DNA of 64,000 bases from Paraphysomonas bandaiensis (Eukaryota; Protista; Chrysophyceae): NCBI GenBank assembly GCA_965644295.1, contig CBFFRP010000559.1, positions 1-64,000 on the forward strand. Direction: 5' to 3'. A program made the position numbers and the translations under genes. The notes beneath the pieces were generated by a model. It did not search any database and had not been told where the DNA came from. It saw only the letters and a program-made list of their open reading frames with translations. Below are positions 44,862-59,562 of the stretch, piece by piece. The stretch's first letter is position 1. Every line of letters begins with the position of its first letter.

Positions 44862-44890
<29 letters not shown>
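43839..44890. repeat. (CATA)n microsatellite, about 1.05 kb, between the divergent vWA and dioxygenase genes
   Basis: Read directly; a single C>T interruption near 44412. Confidence 0.98.
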
Positions 44891-44892
<2 letters not shown>

Positions 44893-45023
44893 CTCTGTAT
44901 ATGGTATAGAGTACTGCAGGAGTGTACGTGTGTACAGTATGTTGTGGTGGTCCTGCGGCAGTGTATGTATGTGTTTGTTAAGAGTGTTCTCTATAGACCA
45001 GCCCTTCATCTTCTATCCTCATA

Positions 45024-47902
45024 ATGGACTTCATTGACAGTGACAGTGACACAGAGGGTCATGAGGACTCATATATGTGTGTTGTCTATAGAGAATTGTT
45101 TAAATCTATTGTACAGTTGCGACCCTCTACGAAACAGCGATCGGAGGACGCATCACACACTGAGATAGCTCTTAATGTCCTTGTTATTGGCACCATAGAG
45201 GTGAGAGGATCGAGACACACATACACATACATACACATACATATATATGAGTGTATACGTACATATACGTGTATATATACATACATATGACTGCATAGAC
45301 ACACTCACATATATATATACACATATACATACATACATGCATACATACATGCATATATAGATCTAATTTTCAGTTTAGATTTCAGATTTTTTGAATAATT
45401 TATCACTGATAAAGTTACTGAGAGTCCAATCGATTGATTCATATGAGGATTTGATTGCATCGGATTGTATTGACAGCGACTTGTTTGATGTTGTTGTGGA
45501 TACTATTCATGCATATGACTGCAATAGTAATACATACGATGCAGAGGCCTATACGTCTGTTGTCAAGAGATTATATGCTCGTATTACACCCGGCGGCATA
45601 CTTTTGACAACTGAGCATACCAACTCGTCAAATAGTGTTCTTAATTCGGCACACCTTTGGACTTCTTCATCTACGTTGGATATGTCAAGAGATAGTTTGT
45701 TGACTGTGCCCCCAGCAAGCTCAGCGTTCATTTCAACAGATGGGTCTCCGTTGCCGTCTCCTTATGATCATATTCTGTTGGTTCATAGAAAACGCTTAGC
45801 GATATGTGTGAACACTACACAAGCGCTTTATTGGGGAAGTCAAGGGGTTTCGATGGAAAGTGACGGAGAGGCAGATACTGGTTCATTGGCGCTAGAAAGA
45901 ACGTTCCTTGAAAGTATTACTGTGACACCTTACGTGAATCAGGAGCGCTTGACCGCTTTGGACAAGAAGAAAGCCGCTGAGTCACTGGTCGAGCATGGAG
46001 TTTGTATCATTAGAAGTCATTTTTCAAAAAAGGTAATATGTGCTGTGCATAGTTAATGTATTTGTTGTGATATAAGGTAGTGTATGTATTGACGTGGTTA
46101 CTTTATTGGCTATGATTTGTATTTAACCTGCTACGATATACACTACAATTGTGTATTATGTGTGCATAGTTCATGTACCAGTTTACGTACTACGTATCGT
46201 AGTCATGTGTGACGAAATATGGGGGTATGCATGATGATTGGGTAGTAATGACCTTGTGAGCCATAACTTGACACGATATACATGTGTAGATGGTTTTAGA
46301 GTGGGGAGAGGCAGCTCTAGTGGATTTTCAGTATGCTTATGATGAACTGAAGACTTCTAAAGGTTAGCATGTTCCATACGATTCTGTGTTACTGCGATAT
46401 GTATATTATGACTGCTGCTCCCATTTTTTGGTCACATACACCTGATTTCCGTTTCATTTCTGTAGGTATAGATCTTGACAACCCAGTAGAGGGTCAGGTA
46501 TGTGAATTTGTCACTTTTGGAGAGTGGTAGTTTTTTTGACAGAAACACTCTTGCAGATCATCAATAATTTTCATGAACTTTCAATGAGAGAAGCACGTCG
46601 TGTCGATTTACGAAATGGCTTAGCTATAAAGCGCAAAATAAAATCACACCCAGATGCATTCCGCTCAGATGACATTAAAAGTATTCTTGATGTAGTCATG
46701 AACCCAGAAGGTCCTCATGCTGGTGGAAACTGGGGAAGGTATATCTTTGACTGCATGTAGTAACCGCGATGCCTATGTTGTTTAGTTATGCACTAATGCC
46801 GAAAGCCTCATATCAGTGTGGTTTAAGAGTCATCTCTTGTACTAGGTGGAATTTCAATGGAGGAGGTCCTAATGCTGGGCCGCCACCTCTTACTCAAGGG
46901 GAACCAGGGGCAGTGATTTCGCTACCTGGATGCATGGATCAAACTATACATGCCGATACACCACATCTATGCACGTTATATCATGTACGATACAAGTACT
47001 TCCCCATGAAAACAGTATATATTGGCTGCATACGTTGGCTACCGTATCATTACTACTATTTCACGCTGTCGCCTTACTTCATATGAACAGTGCTACATAG
47101 TTTATATACGCTAATACCGCCCTTTATATATATAGCTGCCACCACACTACATCAACATGTTCATGATTGCTGCTGACCCGCACCAACAATTAAGGGATGA
47201 TTCAAATGGCACAACTGGTTGTGAGTGCTGCGACCTTAGGTATGTGGATCTCGCTTTCCTTAATTATGTATTCTCTAGAACAGTCTATGCGAGTTGTTTG
47301 TATAGTTCTATTTAGTAATATGGACCGCAGGGTAGGACAAACAGCCTTTGTTATGGGATCTCATATGTTACCAGTTACTGAACGTCTCATGACTACTGGT
47401 GAAGCAGGTATGTGGTGGGTGTGTATCCTTACAACATACCCGGGAGTCAACTATATCGAAGCAAAACTTATACTTGTAACATACATGTGTAGGGCTATTT
47501 AGAGGGTATATGTCAAGTAGTGTTGTACATGTTCTATGATGTGACGTGGGATGTCTAGCACTTGAAATACGTTGTATCGTTCCATGTACATGATACCCTA
47601 TACATAAAGTATCTGCAGCTGATTCGTGTCTTGTATGCTCTTCGTAACTGATATGTGCAGGAGAAAAAGAGCTAATGCTTAGACTAGTTAGACCCCACAT
47701 GAAACCAGGAGATGTGCTTTTATTTGACTGTCGTGTACTTCACTTTGGCCTGTCGAATAGGAGTTCAGGTACCTGTGATAGCGCCGTACCTGCAAGTACC
47801 AATGGGACCAGACGGCCAATCATATATGTTAATCACCACCAGACTTGGTTTAATGACCCTAAAAACTGGAATGATAACGAGAAATTATTTCCTACAAATT
47901 AA
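45024..47902 (+). CDS. PhyH-type 2-oxoglutarate/Fe(II) dioxygenase with a degenerate methyltransferase-like N-terminal region, multi-exon
   Basis: EHGVCIIR, AVISLPG..QTIHADTPHL (HxD), GQTAFVMGSH, PGDVLLFDCRVLHFGLSN (distal His) and RRPIIY (2OG-binding Arg). N-terminus has VLVIG, FDVVVD and ITPGGILL. Confidence 0.85.
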
Positions 47903-49352
47903 AATAGTAGCATGAGTAATAAAAAGAAAGTATGAAGAAGTTAGTGTATGTATTGCACATTTTTCTACTGGAGCTTGCAATAGTTCTCTATATATGCTAA
48001 CTAGAGCGTGTTTGCATTTTGCTCTTACACACAAAGGTGTTCGTCAAAATGCTCTATCGAAGGGGTTGCTAATAAGTTTTACATATTCGTGGAATAGTAC
48101 TGACATTTCTCTTATCACCAAAAATGTGAAATATAGATTAGCACAATCCGTCCAAAAATTCTCGATTGAGAACTCAGCAACTTGATAAATTAATTCAAGT
48201 GAATACAAGATACAAGTATTAGATATATTAAAAACCAATCTGCTCCGAAATATGTACTAAGTTGGTGGTTCTCACTTGTAGCTAATCCTGTATTCTGTGT
48301 AACAAATAATCAGACTTTCATATATTCTGTGTAACAATAGAATCCAAAATCTACAAAATTACAACCACAAAGAACCTGAGAATAGAGTCGTAGTTGTTAA
48401 TGTCAAGTTATGACACAATTGGATAATTTGTTTAGATCTGAAGATTCTATATACTTGCAATTGAGTGCAGTATTATGTGAGATGCAAGGATCGAAAGATA
48501 TATATGTAATTAGTACATTATATTGTGTAGTATGAAACTGAAGTAGAAGTGGGTGACTATACAGGATACGATCACTGAGTGTGTGGTTTGTACACTATAG
48601 TAGTAAGTGAATGGTGTTGAACACATCGAATACAACTTAGGTTCTTTATCATGTAATGTTTATAATTTTATCTTATCAATTGAGAATAGCAAACCTTAGC
48701 AAATAATGTCAAGTTCTGATATAATTTACTAAGTTAACTAAACGTGTATTCACTCACTAATAATCTTAAAACTGTAATAATAATAAAACATATCATGTTA
48801 TCTCTACTACCACTCATTTCAAATTTCAAGTATGATCTTACCTCTTACATCGCCACAATCTTCTTGTATGGTATATATATTCAGTTCTCATTACTTCTCA
48901 TAATACGGTTAACTACTACTGTATTATCTAGTAACCATCATAATTTCAATACCTTAGAATTAGAGCTTTTGATTGCTCAAACAGCAACACTCAACAGTTA
49001 AACATATGACTTGTACAAAACAATATTGGTATTGGTGACTGATGTACTGCTACAATCACACTACTTCTACAATAACAACAACAAACAACTTCACTATCAG
49101 CAATGTACAGCGTTTCTTGAAGCCCAACTTAAATCACCAATTAATAGGATGTTATTTATTTACAAAACGTCAAGAAATAATCTGATATTATAAAAACAAA
49201 CTATATATGCAGTAAAGATAGAGAGACTGAAATATTCGTGTTTATGGTTTAGAAAGCAATTTTTATAGTCTTGATTTTGCTTTCACCGACTTAAACTTGA
49301 TCATCAAATACAGTTAGAGACAGCAGAGCACATGAATGGAGATTCCTTTTCA

Positions 49353-52300
49353 TTAAATCGAATCACGTATTGGTTGAACATTGCCAAGTGGTGTTTCAGG
49401 TCTCCAGTAATAGTTGGAATATTTAACCTTAAGTATTTACAGAATCATGTCGTGCTGATAAGATATCTTCCATTGTATAGGACGGAGAAAGAACGGTAAG
49501 TGACAAAGATAATCGATAAAATTATATAGATTATGACACATCAAAGAAGAGGTCAAGCTATGAACGACACGTCATAAGAGTGGTTGTGTAAGGTCATGTA
49601 TTTGACACTGTCTCATGTAGTTGAACAAGATTCAATAGTAGTCATGTACTACAGTATGTGCCTGTTATCAATACAGCCGTACTGAAAGAGAGATATACAG
49701 TATACCATGCATGAAGGATTTCATACTATAACTGTGTATCTGCCTATTTCTTCCCGTGCGCACTGAGCCAGAGTTGCAGATGTAGATAAATTACTCACAT
49801 CTTTTTATCTTACGCATACTCGAGCAACCGTTGTGAGCCGTAAAACTGTCGTACAGATTATATTCCCTGCTAAGACAAAAACATACCACTGATACAAAGA
49901 CAACGTCCTTATTGTTACTTAAGACTATCACTGCACGATGCTACAACGAATGTATTCCACAAACATACCATATATAGAGTTGAACAGCATTCTCACTGTA
50001 TCAGGTCGTATTAACATATGGGAACATCACAAGCCAATCAAGCGCTAACATGAAGAAAATACAAGCGGTTAAATTTGACAGTTTTAACTCGATCCAGCAT
50101 TGTATTTGAGCGGAACACATATTCCTGTATGATGACCTTCCAACAGGGCTATTTTTTTGTTTTCTAAAGAGAAAATTAGAACGGCACGATAAGTGCACAG
50201 CCTCCACATCTATTTTAAAGTGCATACCACCATTGCATCACAATAAACAAAACACATGCTATACATCGCATGTACACGGCACTGAATATCTGTGAGAAGA
50301 CTAATACCAAAACCCATGATACGTAAAGCTGATGCATGGGTGCCTACCTTCAGCAGCTTTCATAATTGCATTCGTGTCCTGTAGAGATAGTGGAAGGCCT
50401 TGTAGCATCATGACCTCAACCATACTCTCCTTGCACTATATTCGGAATACACAACTATCAAGTGGACGGTACAAAATATGGTACTACAAACCTTGAGTAA
50501 ATTCACTATACTCTCTACACTCTTCTTTGTAGTAAAAGTATAGGCCATGTCAATTACCTTCGGAAATCAATGAGATATAGACAACATGTGAAATGCATGC
50601 ACTAGATAAACGAAATACCGGAAAATATCATATGAACTGATAACAGTATGTATCCCTAGTTGTCTAATATACGTACCCTGAGCTCTTCTTTTCCGGCAAT
50701 TGCTGACAAACAGTGCTGAAACCCACGGTCTCCCATCCGATTATAGGCCAATGACACCACTTGGAGCTTATGAAGGCCAGACAAAATCTGATACGCAGGT
50801 ATTAACCATTGTGAATAAGCACGCTATAGTTGCAACTAGGTTGAAGTACAAATATCACGAAACGTGTACAACATCATACAATCTGAATATACTGCTTAAC
50901 AGATTTGTTAATTACATCAGTTATATTCTTCTTCTGATTCGGCAGCACGAGTGTGATCCTATTCCAGCTCAGATCCAGCAGCCTAAACATAGAAAAGAAT
51001 AAGATAACGATAGAAATCAACATTTACACCTTAAAACCTAAATACACAAACAATGCACGCTGTCACGATTTACTTACTTGAGCTTCGTCATTTCTATTAG
51101 TTGAGATGCTATAACCGCTGGTAAAATATACGATTAAGTGATGTATTTGATAGAACTTATCAGAAGAAATACAATAACAAATGTATCACAATTGATGAAA
51201 CACAATTTCATCAATATCAGGCAAATCGTAAAGGAATTCAACACAAGTAGATACGGTGAAGTATTATGTAGTTTGACACGGTATAGTGTACTGCATTATA
51301 TATCTAAATGTAAAGTGGCAGTGCATTACGTTCATTTAATGTTATCGCGTTGTCACGGAGATCTAATTTGAGCAAGGTATCGTCCCCACCACCATCCCGA
51401 ACGGCAACTGCAATTGTACCACGTAAAGAATAGTAACACACGACAAAATAAATAACTTGCTAAATACTTACTCAATAGCTCAACCATCCCGAAATCTGAT
51501 ATTCCGTTTCCCCGGAGACTGAAAATATGTGAGGAAAATATAGTCCCAAGAGTATACTAGATATTACATGCATGCACATAAACGTTCAGTCTACAGCATT
51601 TGCAAAGCAAGTATAACTATAGCGCAGAATATATCAACATTTTAAAACTTAATATTTTTCGCACTGAATTAGTTTTACCATATATCCGTGATTGAACGAC
51701 ATTCTGTTGATAAAGCATCCGATATGACAGACACACCAGTATCCCCAATCCTACAAAGATATCAACGTGAGTACATAGAAGCACAAAGACGGAAAAGAAA
51801 CAAAATAGTAGTTTTAAATAGTGTGTCCTACTTGTTTCCTCCCAAGTCAAGCTTCCTGAGAGTTTTGAGCGGACACTTCCCTCGTAAAGTGAACTTATCG
51901 AACACATCTTGAAGAGCAGTAGCACTCAACAACACATCCTGCAACCACCACACAAAATTTCATATCAGTGCTACAATAGAAATTTTACATATCCATCACT
52001 GTACGTACCGTAAGTATAAGACTCTCAATCGAATTATCAGGGGTGGTGATAGGAATTTCTGATGGGCGAATCTTTCCATAGTGGCCAAGATCAACAGTCT
52101 GTCGGTTGTGAATGCCACTGGGAGAGGCTGTTCTGTAATATGGTACACGTAAGAAACTACGGTACTGGACAGCACACAGAATAGTGGAGAAGCAAACTGC
52201 AGTGCGAGCTACAGGGCTTTCAAGTACAAACCTGAAAATCATACATTCCTCTGCCATAGCATTCCTATCGTGACCAATAGGAGCTGCGGAAAGCCTTCTC

Positions 52301-55300
52301 TTGAGCTCTGATGGGCCTACAGAGTACTCCACACATACCCCACGTCCTACACCATCATACCGCTTACGATGTACTGAATATGTTCACAAATATCTATTTT
52401 TTATAACACTGGTTTCGCCAGTCTATGACTAATAAAGCGGTACAGCACAGACGAACAAATATTTGAATAAACATGGTTTTGATATCAGATGTACCAATAT
52501 AAACAACCACATACCTTTGCTATTGGGCTGTATACTTGTCGATGATGCAATTGAGACCAAGCTTTCTGATCCATTTAAAGACGAGTACTCCTGTAAACAA
52601 TTCGAGTAGAGTATACATAATTACATGACAAGCACAGAATAAGTGTACACACCGATGGAGCAGGGGCTGTCATGGAAGGAGAGGTATTCGGTCTCAAAAC
52701 CTTCGCGTTGACGAGAATATCACTACTTATGGTCGGATTCAGTATATCAGTTAAGTGAACCTACATATGTTGCGCGGTGGGATAAGAGCATATCCAAAAA
52801 CAAAATATACACTTACAGAGTGACGAACAGGCTTCGGGCTCTTCCATGGAGATGTTTCAGTTAGTGATAGCTTCCGGCTACTTAGAGGCTCGTTGCTAGT
52901 CAACGGTGACATTATACTTCTAAGCTCCTGTACCTCTTTCTTTACAGACATATTTAAACTCGTAGTACTATCGCAGTGGAGCGTATATCTCATTCTATTT
53001 CTGAGTGTAGCTTTTCGTGGAGTGATGCCAGTAGATATGTTAGATAAGGACCTTTGAATCTGCTTTGATTGAGGAAGTGTATCTACAAAGACGTCTCTCT
53101 TTTCTTCTTCATTAACATCAATATCATCGTCAACGGATACTTTGCCTAGCTCAGATGGAAGGTATCTATAAATTGGTCGTCAACTACAGTTACCACATAC
53201 AGTAAAAACGGAACACAGCACAGCACAACATCAAATGAGACGGCATGTATTCTGCACTTACACCCCACTGTGCATGAAGTCTCCAAGTGTTGAGGGCCTC
53301 CTGAGAAGTTTCCTAGCATTAGAAGAGGACCTATTCAGGGTAGCCTTATCTCCAGCTGCACATATGGATTCCTCAGATCACAACAGCAATATGGTACGTC
53401 GATTTGTGGAAATCGTATATGATGATGTCATAATTAAATTCTGCGCACTCAGTACTGTGTATAAAGACGGTTTACCCAATACCAACCTTGATTATCCTGT
53501 TCCAATGTTTGAAAACTTCCGAGTCTATCTTCAGGAAATTCATAGGCTCCAAATTCCCAGTCTGAAAAGAATTTTAGTACTTATATGGTATACAGCCCCA
53601 GCCACTTTTCCTATCTGAATATATACACGATGTTTACAGTGGTGAGGAAATATAACTGACCTCCACTTGAGCTAAACGACCCAAGGGTTTTAATCGCCGC
53701 CTTCTCTTCCGTCGGAAGTACACTCTTGGAAGAAATGGGAACTGTGTTGACTCTCCTTAACACATACAATTGATACTCCCCAATGGGCTTCGGGCGACCT
53801 GCACAAAGCATAAACCATTCCTATACACTCATATGTCCCAACGCGTCGATAGACGGCATATATATTAACACTCCACACTTGGTATCATCACACAGTGAGA
53901 TACACACTGCATACACAAGCTCATGTAATAGCGGCCTACCTACTACTCTCCCAACTTCAACTTCACTTTTCACTCTCTCTTCTACAGCTTCGTCTAAAGT
54001 TAGGCTGCCCAGAGACCCATCATCTATCATTAAAAACAAAGTAACTTTTAACTCTATAGGATGCATTTTCACAGGCTTGAAACAATCTTGTGATAAGTTC
54101 GCAGTAACTGTACGTAGTAGGTATATGTATATTAAATAAATGGACCTGTGGGTCTCTCCTTCGGAGATATAGGTGGTTCCTCAAGTATTTTATTCGAAGA
54201 ACGAATGCTTATGCCGCCCCAAACCCAATCATCTGTCCAACCCGAGTCCGACATCAGTTTCTCCCATTCTTCTAATTTACGAATCTATACATAAATATTC
54301 ACACGATAACTGGGGTATATATATCATGGGTAAGTACACCAACACTTATGTAGTAATAATATAGATTTTGCTCTTATAGTGGGTGAAAAAAATAAACATA
54401 AATTACGTGGAGATCAAACAAATTTTCAATGGATGACTACCTGAAGCATGGTGACCTTCGCTAGGTGTTCCAACTCAGCATTGCTTTTCGTCAACAAGGC
54501 CTTATGGTCTTGATTGGAGTACGGCATAATCCCTAACGTGCGATGAGATTAAAGTGAGTACAACCACAAAATTAAATGTTTTGGTCTAATAGGGTCAGAT
54601 CAAGGAATTGTAAGTTAGCACAATCGTCATACGTGTCATCTGATTTTATGGGTACACAACAATACCATAGGAGCATATTATCGCACAGTAACAGACCAAC
54701 CACTTCTAGCAGGGTTACCTTTTTCCCGTGACTCTTTTCGAACTTTATCCCAATCTATACCCGTCGATGACATAGTCTAGAGTTGTTGAATCAGATAAAT
54801 TTAAGTAGATTCGTAGGTGGTAATATTGTACATTCTATACATCACAATTCGAATCTTTTATCTCGGCAGCTGTTGAGAACCGTATGTTTGTACACGCTTA
54901 ACATTTACTAACCTTATTTCGTCTACTTGTGGCGGTACTCCTAGTACTATCACTGCTAAGAGATGCGTCTTCAGAGACTTTGTTAGGCAACCGGCCAATT
55001 TCGTATGAGCTTAATTCCTTGTCAGCATACACATCGTAAATGTATTTAAGTGTTTTCTTGTGGCCAGTGGTTAGCTCACTCGATGATTTCTATTGGTACA
55101 AAACTTGTTACTTCAACATATCCTTCATTGAACTGTGCGAAGCGATACAGATAGATAGTACAAGATAGAAATCTAAAGACTTAGTGGAGTGATATTTGTA
55201 CATCATCAATACCGTAAACAGCAATTTTGTAACATGAGCTTACAGTGAAGGGCTGAGTTGTAGGTTTTAGTCCATGTCTCCTACTCTGAGCATATTTATT

Positions 55301-58300
55301 CATCTTAATTTTCTGCAGCACATGCTCGCACTCTCTATCCCATGCGTCCAATATCATACATACAAAGTATGGTACACAAATGGAATGATTCTTGCAGTGC
55401 TTCAAAGCTGAATCACATTGTTAAGCACATCACCATGGTTGACAATTATATGGTTGTGCGGGCAATACATATAGTTTATACACTGTATAATGTGCACATG
55501 AGAGCATACGGAATGCGATAGTATCATTTATTGTACACATAATAATCACAAGGAATTTCAGCGTATGCAAAATATAAAAACCTGTCGGAAAATCTAACGG
55601 GGCTAAGAGCTGCTTTCCTTCCCACAACCGCTGGACCACCACCGGGAGTAAATTAACAGGAGGGTACACGTTAATATCGTATTGCGCCTCAGAGACAGTT
55701 GGTATAGGAATACCCTGTATATTGGGTTTAGTATTGCCCGCTGCAGCACTCGTGAATGTATTATTCGGTGCCGTATTTTGATTCGAACTGTGCCCTGCAT
55801 TAGCAGCTGTATTTTGAGTATTATTCTGCTGTTTTGTAGGCGATTTGGCTGCCGATTTCTGGGGAGTGTCTGACCCAGATGTAGTAGCTGCTTCGACAGC
55901 TTTCGCCTGGGCCTGTATACACACTCGAAGGTCAGTTGGCAAGATGGCGCTTTGTAGTAGTATTGGGTGTCATCATATTCAGCATAAGGATACCTCATTA
56001 CACTCCAGAATCGCTTCGGCCTTCATGGTCCCGTACAATGATACCAATTTACAGGGGTTATCAGAAGTGGAGACCAGCATATGCAACAAAGCACTTATGC
56101 TTGATTCATTCCACGGTATATCAACCCCTATATCACACATATTACAGCGTACAGACACAAGTATGTTACAAATTGGTGGCGAAATGTATAAAATTAGCAT
56201 ATGCGACATATATGCATGGACACAATGAGTATCAACTAGTCTTTATCCAAACAAGATTATATGTAAGCTATAATCAAACATTGCAATATATTCTATACGT
56301 AGTTCTTCAATACTGACCATACTCCACACATGCCGGAATTAAGGCCCTCATTGTAAAGCGGCATTCCTCTGATTCAATGAGGCACTTCAGGATTAACACT
56401 GCTCGTTTAAGTGTGATGGTCGAAATTTTCTTGGCTGCATATGTACAGATCAGATTATAACGAACACATATAAAAACATTTACGCAATAACAGTACACAC
56501 TTGAAACACATAACCTCACCTACAAGACTTTGCTTTGCTGATGATCCAGTGAGAGTCATTTTCATATAAAACTCTTCCGGCGTGGGGTGGTGTACACCTT
56601 GACCTTCATCATCATACACTAGCTTGTTAACTTTGACACACCTGATTCGCCAAGGTTAAATCTATTCATACATATGTACAAAGGTTCACTAGACATTGTG
56701 TGCAATACAACGCTGTTTTTTTCAACCCAGTGCACACCACTATGCAGTAAAAAATAAGCATGATACACACACACTGTTACCTTTCATTCAAGGTCATCAC
56801 CAACAATATGGCAACAATATAGGCCGCCCCAGGCTTTGTGTATTCCTGAGCCTTTGGAAGTAACCCTAGAAGCTTTCCGAATATATACAAATGTGTATTA
56901 GTGCAATTATAATCCGCCAGTGGATGAGAAATCACAGGAAATAGCTTCGTTTTATTAGAAGAAAATGACCTTCCACTTTCTTGAGTATGTGGCCTCTTCG
57001 GAGAGCAATTCGAGTGCCTTTGCATTCGAGATAAATTTTTCTGAGTTAATGTGGGAGATTGTCTGCACGCAGAAGCAGGAGCTGTACTCGGAGGCTTATC
57101 ACACTGCACTACCGACACATCCGGCGAAGTGGGTCTGCTAACATTCCTGCTTGGTGCCATTGACGCATAACTTGCCGCGTTGTTTGTTAGCATGGGCATG
57201 TTGTCGTACTGTTGACATGGGACTATCTGACTAAAAAAGTCAACAACGGACTTAACTTTCGCCTCAACCACATTGCGAGACAGGCGATTTCGGCTAAAAA
57301 TATCCTTTAGAATATCATAAATTGGCTCATAGCTATCCAAAAGGTAGTTCTTCCAGAGCTTGGTATATACATCGACAATGAAATCCAATGCTGTAGAATT
57401 AGTATACGCTGGAATCGAAATGGGTAAATTCGGTTGTTGTGCAGACGATGGATTCATGGCATTTGTCAACTGAGTTTTGGATGTGTTCGCCTTCATACTG
57501 GTACCTCGTTTTTTATTCGAAAGAGATTTCGAAACTTTGTCCTTCCTCATTTGTTTAGTATGTCCTTGAGGTGTCAATGTCGTAAGTTCGGAGTCATCAG
57601 AAAGACTTACCAAATCAGCTGGAGCAGCACTTTCATTAGGTCTTGGCGGAAGGCCTTAGATATTTACATTGAAATCACTTCAACTTGAAACGATGGCAAC
57701 AATATATCAAAGCACGTACCTATTGGTTTAGGCGGTCCTCTAGTCGGCACATCATTATCTTTGATACGACCATGACCATGTCTAAGGTAGAACATCAACG
57801 AAAGTGTCAACGATGCCATAGAAATAACCACATGTAACCAATGATGAAGATAAAGAATGGCTGACAACAGATGATGTATTTATACACCACGCATACTCTA
57901 TTGGTCGCTTACATAAATACGGTCATCGTACTACCATCGAAGTGTACAACATTTTGTAATAGGGAAACCTATCTACTACATACCACACTCCTCGAAAGGA
58001 GACCTCATTGGTAGTAACCGAATGATAAAGACTATGTAGAACCACATTACCTGAGCTGATGTTGTTTTTTGTGTGGCACATTCGCACTTTGCTGGATGTT
58101 GTGATGCCCAATTGAGTGGTACAGTAATGAATCCTTCGAAGTAAGAGCTTGTGACCCCGTTAAATCCTACACAGGTAAATTAGCACAGAACATCCAAACA
58201 GTGAATATGCCGCTAGAAACAATATCATAGACGTTATTCAGTGATGAAGCTAACATATTCTCGGAATTATTCCAATAAATATCTTAGAGAGACTTCAAAT

Positions 58301-58759
58301 CTCCATGTTGAATATGAAAATTCAGATACACAGGAAACAACCCAAGAATAAAAACAAGATACGACAAATATCTCAAGTATACATGTATAAATACCACTAT
58401 ACATTAGCACTGATGTATGTATGGTATGTAATACATCCCATTCTATATATAATACGGCTACATCGCTACCTTTCTAGCTCGTTTGATCGTAGTAATCATA
58501 TTAGGAGCCATTGGATGAGCACATAATGGACATCCAGGATCACATCCTTTGCAAGTAATAAAGCATCCAGTGATAAGTTTCAGTATCTGTGATAGTGTTG
58601 AAACTCACCTGGTTTAGCTTGATCAAGACATCGAATTAATAATTGTTTAATTCCAATCGATAATTGACAATGAGAACATATCAAACATCTTCCTTCACAG
58701 ATTACATGAATGGCATCATCAATACGTGAACAAAAGCTACAATTAGCATCATGTGACAT
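49353..58759 (-). CDS. Large uncharacterised multi-exon protein: N-terminal RING-like zinc finger, low-complexity middle, C-terminal RI-type leucine-rich repeats
   Basis: Start MSHDANCSFC...CEGRCLICSHC...CPLC. Exons were chained in phase across most junctions from about 55980 to 52815 (e.g. VTMLQ|IRKLEEW, ERPT|VTANL). LRR exons: SLRGNGISDFGMVEL, LDLSWNRI, LQVVSLAYNRMGDRG. The 3' end near 49353 is tentative, and not every junction was checked. Confidence 0.62.
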
Positions 58760-59562
58760 ACATACAACACTATTGATAACTACACAGATACACAGCAACT
58801 TGATTAACGATACAGATTCATTATATAATAATCAAATATTTTAAGAAATAGATTTATATGAAGATATTGTGTGTCATGATGATGGTAGTGTGTGTGATGG
58901 GTACTTTAAGTGGGGAGCGTATGGATAGTCAGCATCTTATTTTTCGGAAATAAATTGAAGCAAATATTCTCTATAATACTACAATACAACTACAGCTGGA
59001 ATACACATAATTGTTGTCTCAATATTAGAGGCATCTTAGAACAAAAATATACCAAGGCTCTCATATATATACACACCTCTTTGCAATGTAACAGATAGAT
59101 AGATCCGTATACGGATAGTGATCCGTTATCGGGTTAGACTTATCTATCTCATAGGTGTTGTATATCCGGTTGACGGATCTTTATCCGCTACCGTATGATC
59201 TCATCCCAGTTTATAACTCCTATAAATTCTCAAAAATTATATAAAATATCTAAAAAACACATAAAACTCTAAAAACCTAGATATTTCAATGTAAAAATCC
59301 TTCATATTTTCTAAGTACGATGACATTCTCGACCTCATCAGCAGCAGATTTGAAATTTTCATTAAGGGTATGTCTGTAGTGTCCCCCTGTGGCCATATAC
59401 ATATACATACATATACATGTATAAGGTATGGTAGATCCCGTACAGTCCCTCCACTGTCATGTAGTGAACCATATCTACAGGGATTTCTATACATTAGCAT
59501 TCATTCTCTTAACATTCACTAGAAGATAGTATGATATATTAACCAGAGGGTTTTAATAGATC

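Noticed and set aside
43771-45037. Long MYVC / HTYI repeat ORFs (also 28863-29762 and 23729-24068)
   Set aside because: (TATG)n contains no stop codon in any frame, so these are translation artefacts of microsatellites.
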